48,494 nt of DNA from positions 1-48,494 of the forward strand of contig RXIK01000115.1 of NCBI GenBank assembly GCA_004211975.1, given 5' to 3'. Under the pieces are notes generated by a model. It had not been told where the DNA came from. It saw nothing but the letters and a program-made list of their open reading frames with translations, and did not search any database. The stretch is from Methanosarcinales archaeon (GTDB taxonomy: Archaea; Halobacteriota; Methanosarcinia; Methanosarcinales; Methanogasteraceae). A program made the translations under genes and the position numbers. Every line of letters starts with the position of its first letter. The stretch's first letter is position 1. Shown piece after piece: positions 19,703 through 29,734 of this stretch.

Positions 19703-19963
19703 ATGACAATACCAGTAGATATAGCAGCAGCATCAGTTGACAATCTGATAGCAAATCAGAAAGGTTTGATCGCGATCGGCGCAGGACTTGCAGTTGGACT
19801 TGCAGGACTTGGCTCAGGTCTCGCTGAGAAAGACATCGGTTCCGCAGCGGTCGGAGCATTCACCGAGAAAGAGGAGCTCTTTGGTAAGGGCTTAATCATG
19901 ACCGTTATCCCGGAAACCATCGTGATCTTCGGATTCGTTATCGCGATTATGATGATCATCTAA
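19703..19963 (+). CDS. ahaK: A1AO ATP synthase subunit K (c), single hairpin
   Basis: GAGLAVGLAG...AEKDIG...GKGLIMTVIPETIVIFG, Methanosarcina-like. Confidence 0.95.
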   Translation: MTIPVDIAAASVDNLIANQKGLIAIGAGLAVGLAGLGSGLAEKDIGSAAVGAFTEKEELFGKGLIMTVIPETIVIFGFVIAIMMII

Positions 19964-19965
19964 CC

Positions 19966-20523
19966 ATGGGACTGGAAAACGTTGTTTCTGACATCCTGAA
20001 GAGCGCACAGGACGAGGTCACTGCAATCACTGCGGAACGTGACAGCGAGGTCTCAAAAATCATCGAGGAGGCAAAGCGCACAGGCGAGCGGACAACCGGC
20101 GAAATGGTTGCATCCGCCGAGACTGAGGCCGGTCGCATCAGCAAGCAGGAACTCTCAGGCGCAAATCTTGAGGTGAGACGGATGATCCTGAACATGCGAA
20201 AAGAGGTGCTGGACGAGACCTATCATCAGGCACTTGAGCGTATTCGCAAGCAGGATAACACCGCGCTCCTGCAGTCACTAATCAATGCGAAGAGCAATAA
20301 TGTCACCCGGGTGTACTCAAGTTCGCAGGATCGATCGACCGTTGAGCAACTCTGCACAGATCAATCGATTAAATATGCAGGTGACATCAACTGTATAGGT
20401 GGAATCATCCTTGAAACAGAGGATAAAACTGTGAGGCTGGATTATACGTTTGACACCATCATGGATGAGGTCAGCGAGCGGTCAATGAAACAGGTATCAC
20501 ACATCCTGTTTGAACAGGCATGA
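19966..20523 (+). CDS. ahaE: A1AO ATP synthase subunit E
   Basis: MGLENVVSDI...CIGGIILE...VRLDYTFD. Confidence 0.92.
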   Translation: MGLENVVSDILKSAQDEVTAITAERDSEVSKIIEEAKRTGERTTGEMVASAETEAGRISKQELSGANLEVRRMILNMRKEVLDETYHQALERIRKQDNTALLQSLINAKSNNVTRVYSSSQDRSTVEQLCTDQSIKYAGDINCIGGIILETEDKTVRLDYTFDTIMDEVSERSMKQVSHILFEQA

Positions 20524-21185
20524 TCATTGTCCTGTCGGTCGGCGGCTCGGTGATCTGCCAGAGTCAGCACCGGTTCGCCGAATATTCACAGGTACTTAAG
20601 AATCTGTCATCGGATCACACGGTCTTTGTGGTGGTCGGTGGCGGGGCAACCGCCCGCAAGTATATTGAGAAAGCCCGCACATTCGGGGCAGACGAGGCGT
20701 TCTGTGACACAATCGGCATCGGGGTCACCCGGTTAAACGCACGCCTCCTTATCGCCGCTATAGGGTGTGATGCATACCCTGTTGTTCCTGAAACACAGGA
20801 GGCTGCCGTGGTTGCAGCGCTCTCCGGGCGGATCGTTGTTATGGGTGGAACAACCCCGGGGCACACAACCGATGCGGTTGCCGCCATACTTGCCGAGTGC
20901 GCACATGCCGACCTCCTGATCAATGCCACAGCAACAGATGGGATATACACGAAAGATCCGAAGAAGTATCCTGATGCGGTGAAACTGGACGAGATCTCGC
21001 CTGAACGGTTGGTCGGGCTTATCGCTGCTGAAAAGATGGGTGCTGGAGCGAACCTGCCGATTGACATGCTTGCAGCAAAGATCATTGAGCGGTCAGGAAT
21101 TCTTACGGTTGTGATCGATGGGAGCGATCCTTCAAACGTTCTTGTCGCTATGCGTGGGATGCAGATCGGGACGTGTGTGCGATAG
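20520..21185 (+). CDS. pyrH: UMP kinase
   Basis: Motifs LSVGGSV, VVGGGATAR, MGGTTPGHTTDAVAA, DGIYTKDP. Confidence 0.93.
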   Translation: MIIVLSVGGSVICQSQHRFAEYSQVLKNLSSDHTVFVVVGGGATARKYIEKARTFGADEAFCDTIGIGVTRLNARLLIAAIGCDAYPVVPETQEAAVVAALSGRIVVMGGTTPGHTTDAVAAILAECAHADLLINATATDGIYTKDPKKYPDAVKLDEISPERLVGLIAAEKMGAGANLPIDMLAAKIIERSGILTVVIDGSDPSNVLVAMRGMQIGTCVR

Positions 21186-21364
21186 TGGCGTTACCTACAG
21201 AATAGTGAAGTTATCATCCGGACTGGTGAGGTAGGATGCGCCCCGGAGTTTTTAGAGCAATATTCTGCTGGATATCCTGTTCGGGTGGTGGAACTCACCG
21301 GGGGGGACTCGTAAAGTGATGGTGTGGTTGGCTGAGTAGTATTGTCCTAAATCCCGGATCATAC

Positions 21365-21379
21365 GAAACCTTTATATAT
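21365..21379 (+). promoter_or_regulatory. BRE-TATA promoter of gar1-tfb
   Basis: GAAACC-TTTATATAT about 45 nt upstream of gar1. Confidence 0.6.
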
Positions 21380-21420
21380 GGACAATATACAATATATAGT
21401 ACTTTCGGTGAGGTGCATAA

Positions 21421-21663
21421 TTGCGACGACTTGGTATTATTCAACATCGATTCGGTGCTATGTTGATTGTGAGAAATAGCAAACAAACTCCAGCAATCGG
21501 TTCAACTGTGGTAACTAACACAATGAAACGGATTGGAACTGTACAGGAGATCTTTGGACCCGTATCTCACCCGTATATCTCTGTTAGAATCAATAAAAAC
21601 AGCGTAAAGCATAATGATCCGGAATTAGCCATATCCGAAAACCAGAAATTATATACACTATGA
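21421..21663 (+). CDS. gar1: H/ACA RNP component Gar1/Naf1
   Basis: RRLG...IGTVQEIFGPVSHPYISVR. Position directly upstream of tfb. Confidence 0.85.
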   Translation: MRRLGIIQHRFGAMLIVRNSKQTPAIGSTVVTNTMKRIGTVQEIFGPVSHPYISVRINKNSVKHNDPELAISENQKLYTL

Positions 21664-21672
21664 GGGGTGGAC

Positions 21673-22662
21673 ATGACAGAAGCTGAACGAGTAATTGAAC
21701 GTCCTGAAAGGATAAAGGAACGCATAAAACAGCGCAGAGAACGTGAACAAGAGCGTGAGGTCTCCGAGTGTCCGGAGTGCCATAGCCGCATTCTTGAACG
21801 TGATTATGAGCGTGCCGAACTTGTCTGTGGTTCGTGTGGGCTGGTCATCGAGACAAACATCATCGATCAAGGACCTGAATGGCGGGCATTTGACAGCGAT
21901 CAACGTTTGAAGCGAGCAAGAGTCGGGTCGCCAATGACCTACACGATACATGACAAAGGGCTTTCGACCATGATCGACTGGAGGAATCGGGACTCGTATG
22001 GCAGAACGATCTCCACAAAGAACCGGGCTCAACTATACCGACTCAGGAAATGGCAGCGCAGAATTCGTGTTAGCAATGCGACCGAGCGAAACCTTGCATT
22101 CGCATTATCTGAGCTGGACCGGATGGCGTCTGCGCTCGGACTACACCAGAACGTCAGAGAAACTGCTGCCATGGTCTACCGCAAGGCAGTTGAGAAGAAC
22201 CTGATTCGGGGACGGAGCATCGAGGGTGTGGCTGCATCAGCACTGTACGCCTCATGCCGCCAGTGTTCTGTGCCAAGAACGCTTGACGAGATCGGAGAAG
22301 TGTCAAGAGTGACCCGCAAGGAGATCGGGCGAACCTACCGTTTTGTTGCACGGGAACTCGGGCTGAAACTGAAGCCAACGTCACCAATCGACTACATCCC
22401 AAGGTTCTGTTCAGGTCTTGGGCTTGGTGGGGACGTGCAGGCACGCGGCATCTCAATCCTTCGAGCTGCGACAGAACGGGAACTGACCAGCGGGCGCGGA
22501 CCCACAGGGGTTGCGGCGGCTGCAATATACATTGCATCTATCCTCTGCGACCAGCGCAGAACCCAGCGAGAGGTGGCAGAGGTGGCAGGCGTGACTGAGG
22601 TAACGATCCGCAATCGGTACAAGGAGCTTGCCGAGGAACTGGATATCGAGATCGTGCTCTGA
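21673..22662 (+). CDS. tfb: Transcription initiation factor IIB
   Basis: Zn ribbon CPEC...CGSCG. Motifs [34 protein letters not shown]. Confidence 0.97.
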   Translation: MTEAERVIERPERIKERIKQRREREQEREVSECPECHSRILERDYERAELVCGSCGLVIETNIIDQGPEWRAFDSDQRLKRARVGSPMTYTIHDKGLSTMIDWRNRDSYGRTISTKNRAQLYRLRKWQRRIRVSNATERNLAFALSELDRMASALGLHQNVRETAAMVYRKAVEKNLIRGRSIEGVAASALYASCRQCSVPRTLDEIGEVSRVTRKEIGRTYRFVARELGLKLKPTSPIDYIPRFCSGLGLGGDVQARGISILRAATERELTSGRGPTGVAAAAIYIASILCDQRRTQREVAEVAGVTEVTIRNRYKELAEELDIEIVL

Positions 22663-22783
22663 TACTGGTTTAACATCCAGAGCTTGCAGGGAATGGGCGG
22701 TCACCTGCCTTTTCCTCATTTTGTGCGTGTTTAACACCATATAATCACAATGATTTCTGTGTTAAAATATGCACATCGTTTTT

Positions 22784-22959
22784 GAGACTTTTTAATTTGT
22801 TCTGGTCGGTTGAACAACATGATGCCAATCCTGTAAACAGTGACATGGTATGACTTCCGAAATACGATATAAATGACTTTTCAGATCGATAGCGCTCAAT
22901 TTTATCAGTTGTGATTACGCAAGACAACCCCGGGTAACCAGAAAATAATAAAAAGTCTC
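22784..22959. mobile_element. MITE family A, copy 1 (176 bp, non-coding)
   Basis: Imperfect 23-bp TIRs (GAGACTTTTTA...TTCTGGT, 20/23). 8-bp TSD TCGTTTTT at 22776-22783 and 22960-22967. Second copy at 48105-48351. Confidence 0.85.
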
Positions 22960-23046
22960 TCGTTTTTTTAGAGATGGTTGCCGGTAGTCCTGGCGGCAGT
23001 TGAAATTCCGGTGTGCGGGGCGAACCTCAATAATTTCTCCGGGTAG

Positions 23047-23583
23047 TCATACCTGCATGCCATCCATTGCGTTCAGGATGATTCCTGCAACCCTGCGTTG
23101 ATCCCATTTTGCCGAGTTAATCACAAGATCGTATACGCCCATATCATCAACATTAATTCCGTAATACTCCAGATACCGCCCGGCTTCGCATGCCTCTCGC
23201 TCTTTTACCTGGCTGATCGCATCAGCTATCACGACATTTTCACGATGCACAATCCGGTCCGCCCGGATATCAAGCGGAGCTGTGATGAGCACGGCGAGAT
23301 CCGGTTCTGCCATCCATGCCGAGAGCCTGCCCTCAACAATCAGGTTCTTTCCAGCGTCCTTTGCGTCTGATGCGATCTTCTTCTGGTGGCGGTCGATCTG
23401 CTGATCGATAGCTGTGTCCGACGCAGCGAGTTCGCCGAATTCTTTGAGCGTAAGCCCTCTTTCTTCTGCTATTTCTCGGAAGATGTCTCCGGCGGACACA
23501 ATCTTAAAACCGGTACAACTTGATAGTATGCCTGCCACTGTGCTGGTTCCGCTTCCGGGCAGACCGCTGAGCGTTATGATCAT
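23047..23583 (-). CDS. cmk: Cytidylate kinase (archaeal type)
   Basis: Motifs IITLSGLPGSGTSTVA, SAGDIFR, EGRLS, RYLEYYGI...YDLVINS. Confidence 0.92.
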   Translation of the reverse strand: MIITLSGLPGSGTSTVAGILSSCTGFKIVSAGDIFREIAEERGLTLKEFGELAASDTAIDQQIDRHQKKIASDAKDAGKNLIVEGRLSAWMAEPDLAVLITAPLDIRADRIVHRENVVIADAISQVKEREACEAGRYLEYYGINVDDMGVYDLVINSAKWDQRRVAGIILNAMDGMQV

Positions 23584-23716
23584 CAGTACAAAGATCGTTT
23601 CACGTGTACTTATTCGTTACTTACCTCTTTTTCAGTATCCTGTAAGAAATCATCCGGGTTGTGAACCGGGGGGTGGTTCCACCAACCGGAATATATTGAG
23701 AAGTCTCGCAGATCAG

Positions 23717-24082
23717 CTACATTGCTTCGATCAGTTCTTCGATCTCCAGCAATAGGTCGCTCACGGGGAATGGTTTTGATAGAAAATCACGCGCGCCTGC
23801 TGCAAGCGCATCATCTTTGACTGCTTTATCAGCACTTGCAAATACAATTTTCAGGTTTGGGTGGATCGCCAGCAGTTCTTTTGTGGTCTCGATCCCGTCC
23901 TTGCCCGGCATTCGGTGATCCATAATCACGATCTCAGGTGGTTCGTCCATTGTTTTGAGTATTTCAACTGCCTCGTCGCCGTCATACGCGTTTGCAACGA
24001 TGTCATGTCCGCTCATCTCAAGAATGTCACCATATAGTTCGTGAAGCATCGGTTCGTCGTCCACAATGAATATCGCTGCCAT
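23717..24082 (-). CDS. Single-domain response regulator
   Basis: Motifs IVDDE, MDHRMP.KDG, SA, KPF. Confidence 0.92.
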   Translation of the reverse strand: MAAIFIVDDEPMLHELYGDILEMSGHDIVANAYDGDEAVEILKTMDEPPEIVIMDHRMPGKDGIETTKELLAIHPNLKIVFASADKAVKDDALAAGARDFLSKPFPVSDLLLEIEELIEAM

Positions 24083-24084
24083 AA

Positions 24085-25536
24085 TCAAACCCCTTTTGGA
24101 AGCCGCATGACAAAGTTGCTGCCCATCGTCCGATCTCCACTGACTCGATCTTCCACTTTGATGCTTCCGCCGTAGCTCTCGACGATGTACTTAACGATAG
24201 TGAGTCCAAGTCCGGTGCCCTGCGCACTCTCGCCAGCCCGTTCCAGACGGTTAAATATAATCTCCTTATAGTGATCTCCGATGCCGCGCCCTCTATCCTT
24301 AACCTCGAGCTTCCAGTACCGGTCATCATCTGACGGGCTGATATTGACATCGATCTTGACGATCTTGTGTTGATCGAACTTGACGGCGTTGGTCAGGAGG
24401 TTTGAGAAGATGCTGAAGAGCATCGTGTTGCCATGGATAAAGTATCTGCCTTCAGTTATGTCTGAGTTGATCTCGACATTCGCTGGTTGCGAAATCGCGG
24501 TTTCAACTGCGCTTGCAAGCGCCGGGTATATGTCGATCCTTGCAAGTTCAGCCTCACCGGACTGAAGCTCTGAGAGTGTTTTTACGTCGGATATGATATT
24601 AGCGCTTTTTTTAACATGGTTAAGTGCGATCTCCACATGTTTCCTGAATTTGGTGGGGAACTCCGGCGTTTGGAGTAGTAGATCAAGATATCCGCTCGCG
24701 ACCTGACTTGCGTTGTTTATGTCATGGCTCATGAGGTCAATATAGAATTCTGCACGGCGATATTCATCTTTGATACGCTTCTCTGCTTGTTTTCGCCCGG
24801 TAATATCTATAAGGACTCCCCTCAAGCCAACATGTTTGTTTTCGTGAATAATAGGTGTGGAATATATGATAGCAGAGAACGTGCTTCCATCTTTCCTTCG
24901 CATCAAGTATTCTATGTCATGTAGATGTTCTCCCTTTATGACCTTCTCGATATTTTTTTTAGCTCTATCCCGGTCTTCCGAGGATATCATTTGAATGACG
25001 GTTAAACCCTCATCAAAGTCGTCCCGGGTATAGTTAAAACAGTTAAATCCGGCATGGTTGGCAAATGTGAGATTGCCTTGTTCGTCTGTTTCAAAGACGG
25101 TTTGTGGCAGTAACTCGGTTAGATCTCTGAATTTTGCCTCGCTCTCTTTTAGTTTTTTCTCTATCTGGCTTTTATAGAGAGCCATCTCGATTGATGCGAA
25201 GAGCTGTCCCTCCTGAAACGGTTTAACGATGTATGCGTAAGGCTCGGTGCTCTTGGCTTTATCGACCAATTTAAGATCGGAATATGCTGTTAAAAATATG
25301 ACGGGGATGTCAAATTTCTCTTTTATTTCGTGGGATGCGTCTATGCCGTTTTTCTGCCCTGAGAGGACGATATCCATCAATATCAGGTCTGGGTTAAGTT
25401 CACTTGCGGCATTTACGGCAGCATCTGCACTGTCGGCGCGCCCGACCACATCATAGCCACCATCGGTGATCACCATCGCCAAGTTTTCAGCTACAACCGC
25501 CTCATCCTCAACAATCAATATCTTCGCTTCCCGCAT
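24085..25536 (-). CDS. Hybrid kinase REC-PAS-HisKA-HATPase
   Basis: REC (IVEDE, MDI, KPF), PAS with DITGRK, H-box SHDINN, N-box NLLTNAVKF, D.GRGI, GTGLGL. Confidence 0.92.
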   Translation of the reverse strand: MREAKILIVEDEAVVAENLAMVITDGGYDVVGRADSADAAVNAASELNPDLILMDIVLSGQKNGIDASHEIKEKFDIPVIFLTAYSDLKLVDKAKSTEPYAYIVKPFQEGQLFASIEMALYKSQIEKKLKESEAKFRDLTELLPQTVFETDEQGNLTFANHAGFNCFNYTRDDFDEGLTVIQMISSEDRDRAKKNIEKVIKGEHLHDIEYLMRRKDGSTFSAIIYSTPIIHENKHVGLRGVLIDITGRKQAEKRIKDEYRRAEFYIDLMSHDINNASQVASGYLDLLLQTPEFPTKFRKHVEIALNHVKKSANIISDVKTLSELQSGEAELARIDIYPALASAVETAISQPANVEINSDITEGRYFIHGNTMLFSIFSNLLTNAVKFDQHKIVKIDVNISPSDDDRYWKLEVKDRGRGIGDHYKEIIFNRLERAGESAQGTGLGLTIVKYIVESYGGSIKVEDRVSGDRTMGSNFVMRLPKGV

Positions 25537-25547
25537 TCAACACTCCC

Positions 25548-28118
25548 TTAGTATCCTACGTTAAATTCTATATTAAAGGTTGTGCCTTCCTCACTGATAA
25601 CCTTTAGGGTTCCATGCAACTGGTCTTCAGTGAGAATCTTTATCAGGCGCAAGCCAAGCGTTCCGGTTTTATCGATATCGAACCCGGCAGGCAGTCCCAC
25701 GCCATCATCGCGTACAGTCAGGTTGATCCTGCCTTCTTCTGATGCGGTGAGACTGATATTGATTGTTCCTTCTTTTCTGCCGATAAAAGCGTGTTTCAGG
25801 GTGTTTGAGAGCAGTTCGTTAACGATTAGCCCAACAGGCACCGCCATCGATATCGGAACGGGATAATCTGCTACGGAAACAACCGGGGTGATCTCTGTGC
25901 CCTGAACCTGATAGCTCCGGAGCAACTGTGAGAGCAACTTACTTACAAACCCCTTCATGTTGATCTCTGACAGATCTCGGCTTTCATATAATTGGGAGTG
26001 GATGAGTGCCATGGCATTTATCCGGTTTTTGGATTCGGTGAGCACACCGATTGAGTCTTCGGTTCTGGCATGTCTTGCCTGCATATCAAGTAGACTCGAT
26101 ACGACCTGGAGGTTGTTCTTTACGCGATGGTGAATCTCCCGCAGAAGTACTTCTTTTTCATTCAGAGATGTTTTTATCAGGTCTTCTGCTTTCTTGCGCT
26201 CGGTGATGTCGCGGATGACTACACATACTGTTTTACGACCGCCTAACTCAAAGAAACTGGCTGATATTTCTGAAGGGAATATAGTGCCGTCTTTTTTGCA
26301 GGAGTATCGCAACGGCACGATCAGATCATTATCGATCTTCCCGCTATAGATCTTCTTCACAGTTTCTTCAGGTTCGGCAGAGATATCGGTAGAGTGTAAC
26401 GTAAGGAATTCATCCCGATCATATCCAAAAAGTTTTAAGGCTGCATCGTTGGCATCCCGGTGTTGCATCGTCTCTGCATCTATTAGGAAGATGGCGTCCG
26501 GTTCAGCGGCGAATAAAGAGCGATATTTCTCTTCACTCTCTCGCAGCGCTCTCACCGCCTTTTCATGTGCCTCTTCCGTCTTCATGTTGTGAAGAGCAAG
26601 TGCTATGTTATAAGCAACCTCTACCAGGAGCCCTTCTTCCTCAGCATCGAGGGCGACATCGGCTGCAAGCGATATTGCAAGCAGTCCGAAGAGCGCACCT
26701 GCGTATTCGATTCGGATGACCACAGTTTCCCTGCTGGCATGCAGGTCTTTGAATCTGCACGCCCTGCACTCCCTGCATTCTTCGGGTTTGCCCATGACCA
26801 CAATCATCTCCTTTCCGGCGAGTGTTTTTTCGATGCAGGGAATGTGATCTCCGCCCCTCACACTTTCGCAGAAACGATCGGCATCTTCCCTGAAACCAGA
26901 ACCCACAATCGTATCGAAAGTTTCACCATCGCTTAAGTATCCGAGCCATGCTGCTTCGTAGCCCCGTGCCTCCACCAGGGCATCGCCGGCTTTCTTTAGC
27001 AGGAGGTCCCGGTCTTTTTCTGTCATGATTAACTGGTTGACATCCCCGATGGCTTTAAGGACGCTGTTTAAGTGATCGATGCGTTCTTCCGCCTGCTTGC
27101 GAGTGGTGATATCCCTCACTACCGATACAGAACCCACTAATTCACCATCTATAAACTTTGGAGAATGTTTTGCAGAAAACCATAGAATCTTGCCATCAAT
27201 ATTGAGCCAGTAATCATATTCAGCAACGTCCCCTTTCTTGATCGTATCAAATGCATCGGAGAATATCTTGTTGAGGTGAGATGGCAGCACTTCGGCAGGT
27301 TTTTTCCCTATAAATGTATCTGGTGTCGTGTATAGCTGCTCGGGTGTAGGTTTTTGGGTGAATGTGAACCTGCCTTCTTGATCGAACACAAAGACCAGAT
27401 CGTTGATGGACGATAGTATGCTGTTAAGCTTGCTTTCAGATTCTTTTAACGCCTCATCTTTTTGGGCAACATCTTCCAGGATGATTAGCAGTGACTTTCT
27501 GGCTTGTTCGGATTCTCCATAAAGTCTTTGAAGTTCTTTCTCGCTGAAGGTTAGTTGCTCGGTCTTCTTTCGTAGTTTCTTCTCTGCTTTCTCTCTCACC
27601 TGTATTTCTCTGATGACATTTTCATGAGTCCTGCACGCTTCTATAGCAACGCTTAACTTTTTAGAAAGACTGGCAAGCAGATTTGCTAAAGGTTTATCTG
27701 CTATTTCCCTGCTGGCATAGACCAGATAAAGAATCGCCACATTGGTTATGGGCACGACCAATACGGATTCTTCTTTTCCTGTTAGAACAGGACAATACTG
27801 CAAAAAATCGTTGTCGTCTTTGTTTATGATCGCAAACTGCTGTTTTTTTTGTATTTGATTTAGAACATCCAGGAGATCCGTTATTTTGCCTTGTGCCAGC
27901 ACATATTCGGTATTAATTCCGGCATTTGCCACAGGTTGGAATTCTTGCGTTCCATTTTTTTTGACCCAGATAATACCGCGATGAGCATTTGTTTTATGCA
28001 CCACCGTGCGAATAACTTCTTGAAGCATTTCTGGCAGGCTCAAACTGTTGCCAATGGCAAGTGCACACTCATAAGAGATACTGAGATATTGAAAAGAAGA
28101 TCTCACGGGTTTTTCCAT
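25548..28118 (-). CDS. Sensor histidine kinase GAF-like/PAS/GAF/PAS with HisKA_2 and HATPase
   Basis: H-box [31 protein letters not shown]. Two PAS domains ending RDIT. Confidence 0.92.
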   Translation of the reverse strand: MEKPVRSSFQYLSISYECALAIGNSLSLPEMLQEVIRTVVHKTNAHRGIIWVKKNGTQEFQPVANAGINTEYVLAQGKITDLLDVLNQIQKKQQFAIINKDDNDFLQYCPVLTGKEESVLVVPITNVAILYLVYASREIADKPLANLLASLSKKLSVAIEACRTHENVIREIQVREKAEKKLRKKTEQLTFSEKELQRLYGESEQARKSLLIILEDVAQKDEALKESESKLNSILSSINDLVFVFDQEGRFTFTQKPTPEQLYTTPDTFIGKKPAEVLPSHLNKIFSDAFDTIKKGDVAEYDYWLNIDGKILWFSAKHSPKFIDGELVGSVSVVRDITTRKQAEERIDHLNSVLKAIGDVNQLIMTEKDRDLLLKKAGDALVEARGYEAAWLGYLSDGETFDTIVGSGFREDADRFCESVRGGDHIPCIEKTLAGKEMIVVMGKPEECRECRACRFKDLHASRETVVIRIEYAGALFGLLAISLAADVALDAEEEGLLVEVAYNIALALHNMKTEEAHEKAVRALRESEEKYRSLFAAEPDAIFLIDAETMQHRDANDAALKLFGYDRDEFLTLHSTDISAEPEETVKKIYSGKIDNDLIVPLRYSCKKDGTIFPSEISASFFELGGRKTVCVVIRDITERKKAEDLIKTSLNEKEVLLREIHHRVKNNLQVVSSLLDMQARHARTEDSIGVLTESKNRINAMALIHSQLYESRDLSEINMKGFVSKLLSQLLRSYQVQGTEITPVVSVADYPVPISMAVPVGLIVNELLSNTLKHAFIGRKEGTINISLTASEEGRINLTVRDDGVGLPAGFDIDKTGTLGLRLIKILTEDQLHGTLKVISEEGTTFNIEFNVGY

Positions 28119-28121
28119 ACG

Positions 28122-29255
28122 TTATTCTCCCATGCCAATAACTATGGTCTTATTGTATAGTTCAATATATGTATCTCCGGTTGAAGCAATTTCGCCCAAA
28201 CTTAACAACCCAAATAGAAAGACATCACTTCCTGCTTTGTTTGCGATGATGTTTAACTCATCATTAATTTTGTCTTCTAAAAACAAGGCTCTGACAAGAC
28301 AGTCCACAATTAGCGCTTTGCCCGGGGCTATCTTCTTTTTGCTTTCAAAAGCAATTTTAGCTTGTTCGGCAGCTATTCCTGCGGCTGCTATTAATTTATC
28401 AGGGTGCGCTTTCGTAACCACCAGCACAGAGTTTTCAGGCATTTCACTGGCAAATACAAGGCTGTTGTCTTCATTAACACTTATAGGAACACGCAGAATG
28501 ATCTCAGTATCATATTTCAGGATTCCAAGCGGATATGATTTAGCCACATCAAGAAAACCATCTGCAGTTAACTTGATGCCGGCATCTTGCTCAACGATAT
28601 TTTTGTAATATTCAAAGGCAGGTCCCCAGTTAATTGATTTTAAAATATTTTTATTCACGCTGCTGGCAATAGCAGGGTCAGAAATAGGCTGACAACCATG
28701 GTTTATTCCCACTGACATGAAGTCTTGAGCAGCAGCGATAATAGCCCCTCCCGCGAAGATGCAATCACGCGAAAACAGAGATGGCCGATCAACATTTATA
28801 ACACTTCCAGCACTGCCCCCGATAAACGCCATTTCCCTGAAAAATTTTTCGTATAATGTCTCTATAAGCAGCGGAATATTGTCTGTGTATGCACTGGTAA
28901 AGATCAGAAGGGTCCGGGTATTTTTCGAGACAAAATCTTCCGGGAAGTCGCCTTTGAATGTGCTTAGATCTTTAATCACTTCAATTGAGACCGGGGACTT
29001 AAAGGCGCAACCCACCACCCCCTGCGTATACAGCGAGCCGTCATAGATCACTTCAGGGAAAATACCTCCCCATACCTCAATATCCATCGTTTTTAGTAGA
29101 GGTTGTAGTTGTTTGTAATCAAACGGCGTTTCTTCTCCAACAAACAAGAGAATGCCTTTAGCATTGTCGTTACTTAGTTCCTTCAGGAATGGCTGCCATC
29201 CTTCCGGTTCTCGCCCATCATAGAACTTTACTTTTTGAAACATAATCTTCCCCAT
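28122..29255 (-). CDS. FIST N/C-domain protein (NosP-like sensor)
   Basis: Motifs GGIFPEVI, IGGSAGS, HGCQPI, YPLG, DCLVR, GLLSLGEIA, YNKTIV. Confidence 0.85.
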   Translation of the reverse strand: MGKIMFQKVKFYDGREPEGWQPFLKELSNDNAKGILLFVGEETPFDYKQLQPLLKTMDIEVWGGIFPEVIYDGSLYTQGVVGCAFKSPVSIEVIKDLSTFKGDFPEDFVSKNTRTLLIFTSAYTDNIPLLIETLYEKFFREMAFIGGSAGSVINVDRPSLFSRDCIFAGGAIIAAAQDFMSVGINHGCQPISDPAIASSVNKNILKSINWGPAFEYYKNIVEQDAGIKLTADGFLDVAKSYPLGILKYDTEIILRVPISVNEDNSLVFASEMPENSVLVVTKAHPDKLIAAAGIAAEQAKIAFESKKKIAPGKALIVDCLVRALFLEDKINDELNIIANKAGSDVFLFGLLSLGEIASTGDTYIELYNKTIVIGMGE

Positions 29256-29618
29256 TCAACTTTCAATTATCTGCTGTGATCTCCATATCTCTTGTTTTAG
29301 CTCAATAACACGTTTCTCTCGACCCGGCGTGGCACGATAAACCATTTCAAGCTCGTCCATTCCATCTGTATGATTCTTACTTGCATCCACTGCATCTTTA
29401 AAGGTGTTTACTGCTGTTATCATGCCAGCGGACTCTTTACACCACCCTAACACCGTCGTGATATGGTGCTCTCTTGGTTGTGCGGTGGTCTCCGGATGAT
29501 TGCCAACCTGTTCCTTACTGATGTTTGTTGAAACGGTTCTGCTAATCCGGATTGTAGCCATGCCTGTGATCAAAACAAGCGATAACATGACTGCAAGAAG
29601 CTTTGTTTGGATATTCAT
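29256..29618 (-). pseudogene. Internally deleted paralog of the membrane sensor kinase at 29735-31972
   Basis: [21 protein letters not shown]...ETTAQ matches the N-terminus of 29735-31972 and is fused directly to a GREKRVIELKQEI coiled-coil tail. Confidence 0.7.
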
Positions 29619-29639
29619 TTGTGTATCCCTGTGTTAAGC

Positions 29640-29732
29640 TGTTCAGGCATCTTGTAAAGTGGTTTTTTCCCTGGATTCCTGAAGAAAACTGTTGATCTTC
29701 TTTGTTGATTCCACCATTTTAAGCGCTCTACC
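29640..29732 (-). pseudogene. Orphan C-terminal coiled-coil tail of a PAS sensor gene
   Basis: GRALKMVESTKKINSFLQES, frameshift, KPLYKMPE. Matches DRELKMVELKKKINDLLQGMGKEPRYKIPE at 32018-32110. Confidence 0.6.
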
Positions 29733-29734
29733 TG

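Noticed and set aside
21271-21305. Weak inverted similarity to 23661-23695 (GTTCCACCA core)
   Set aside because: Only about 20 bp with mismatches and no defined ends.
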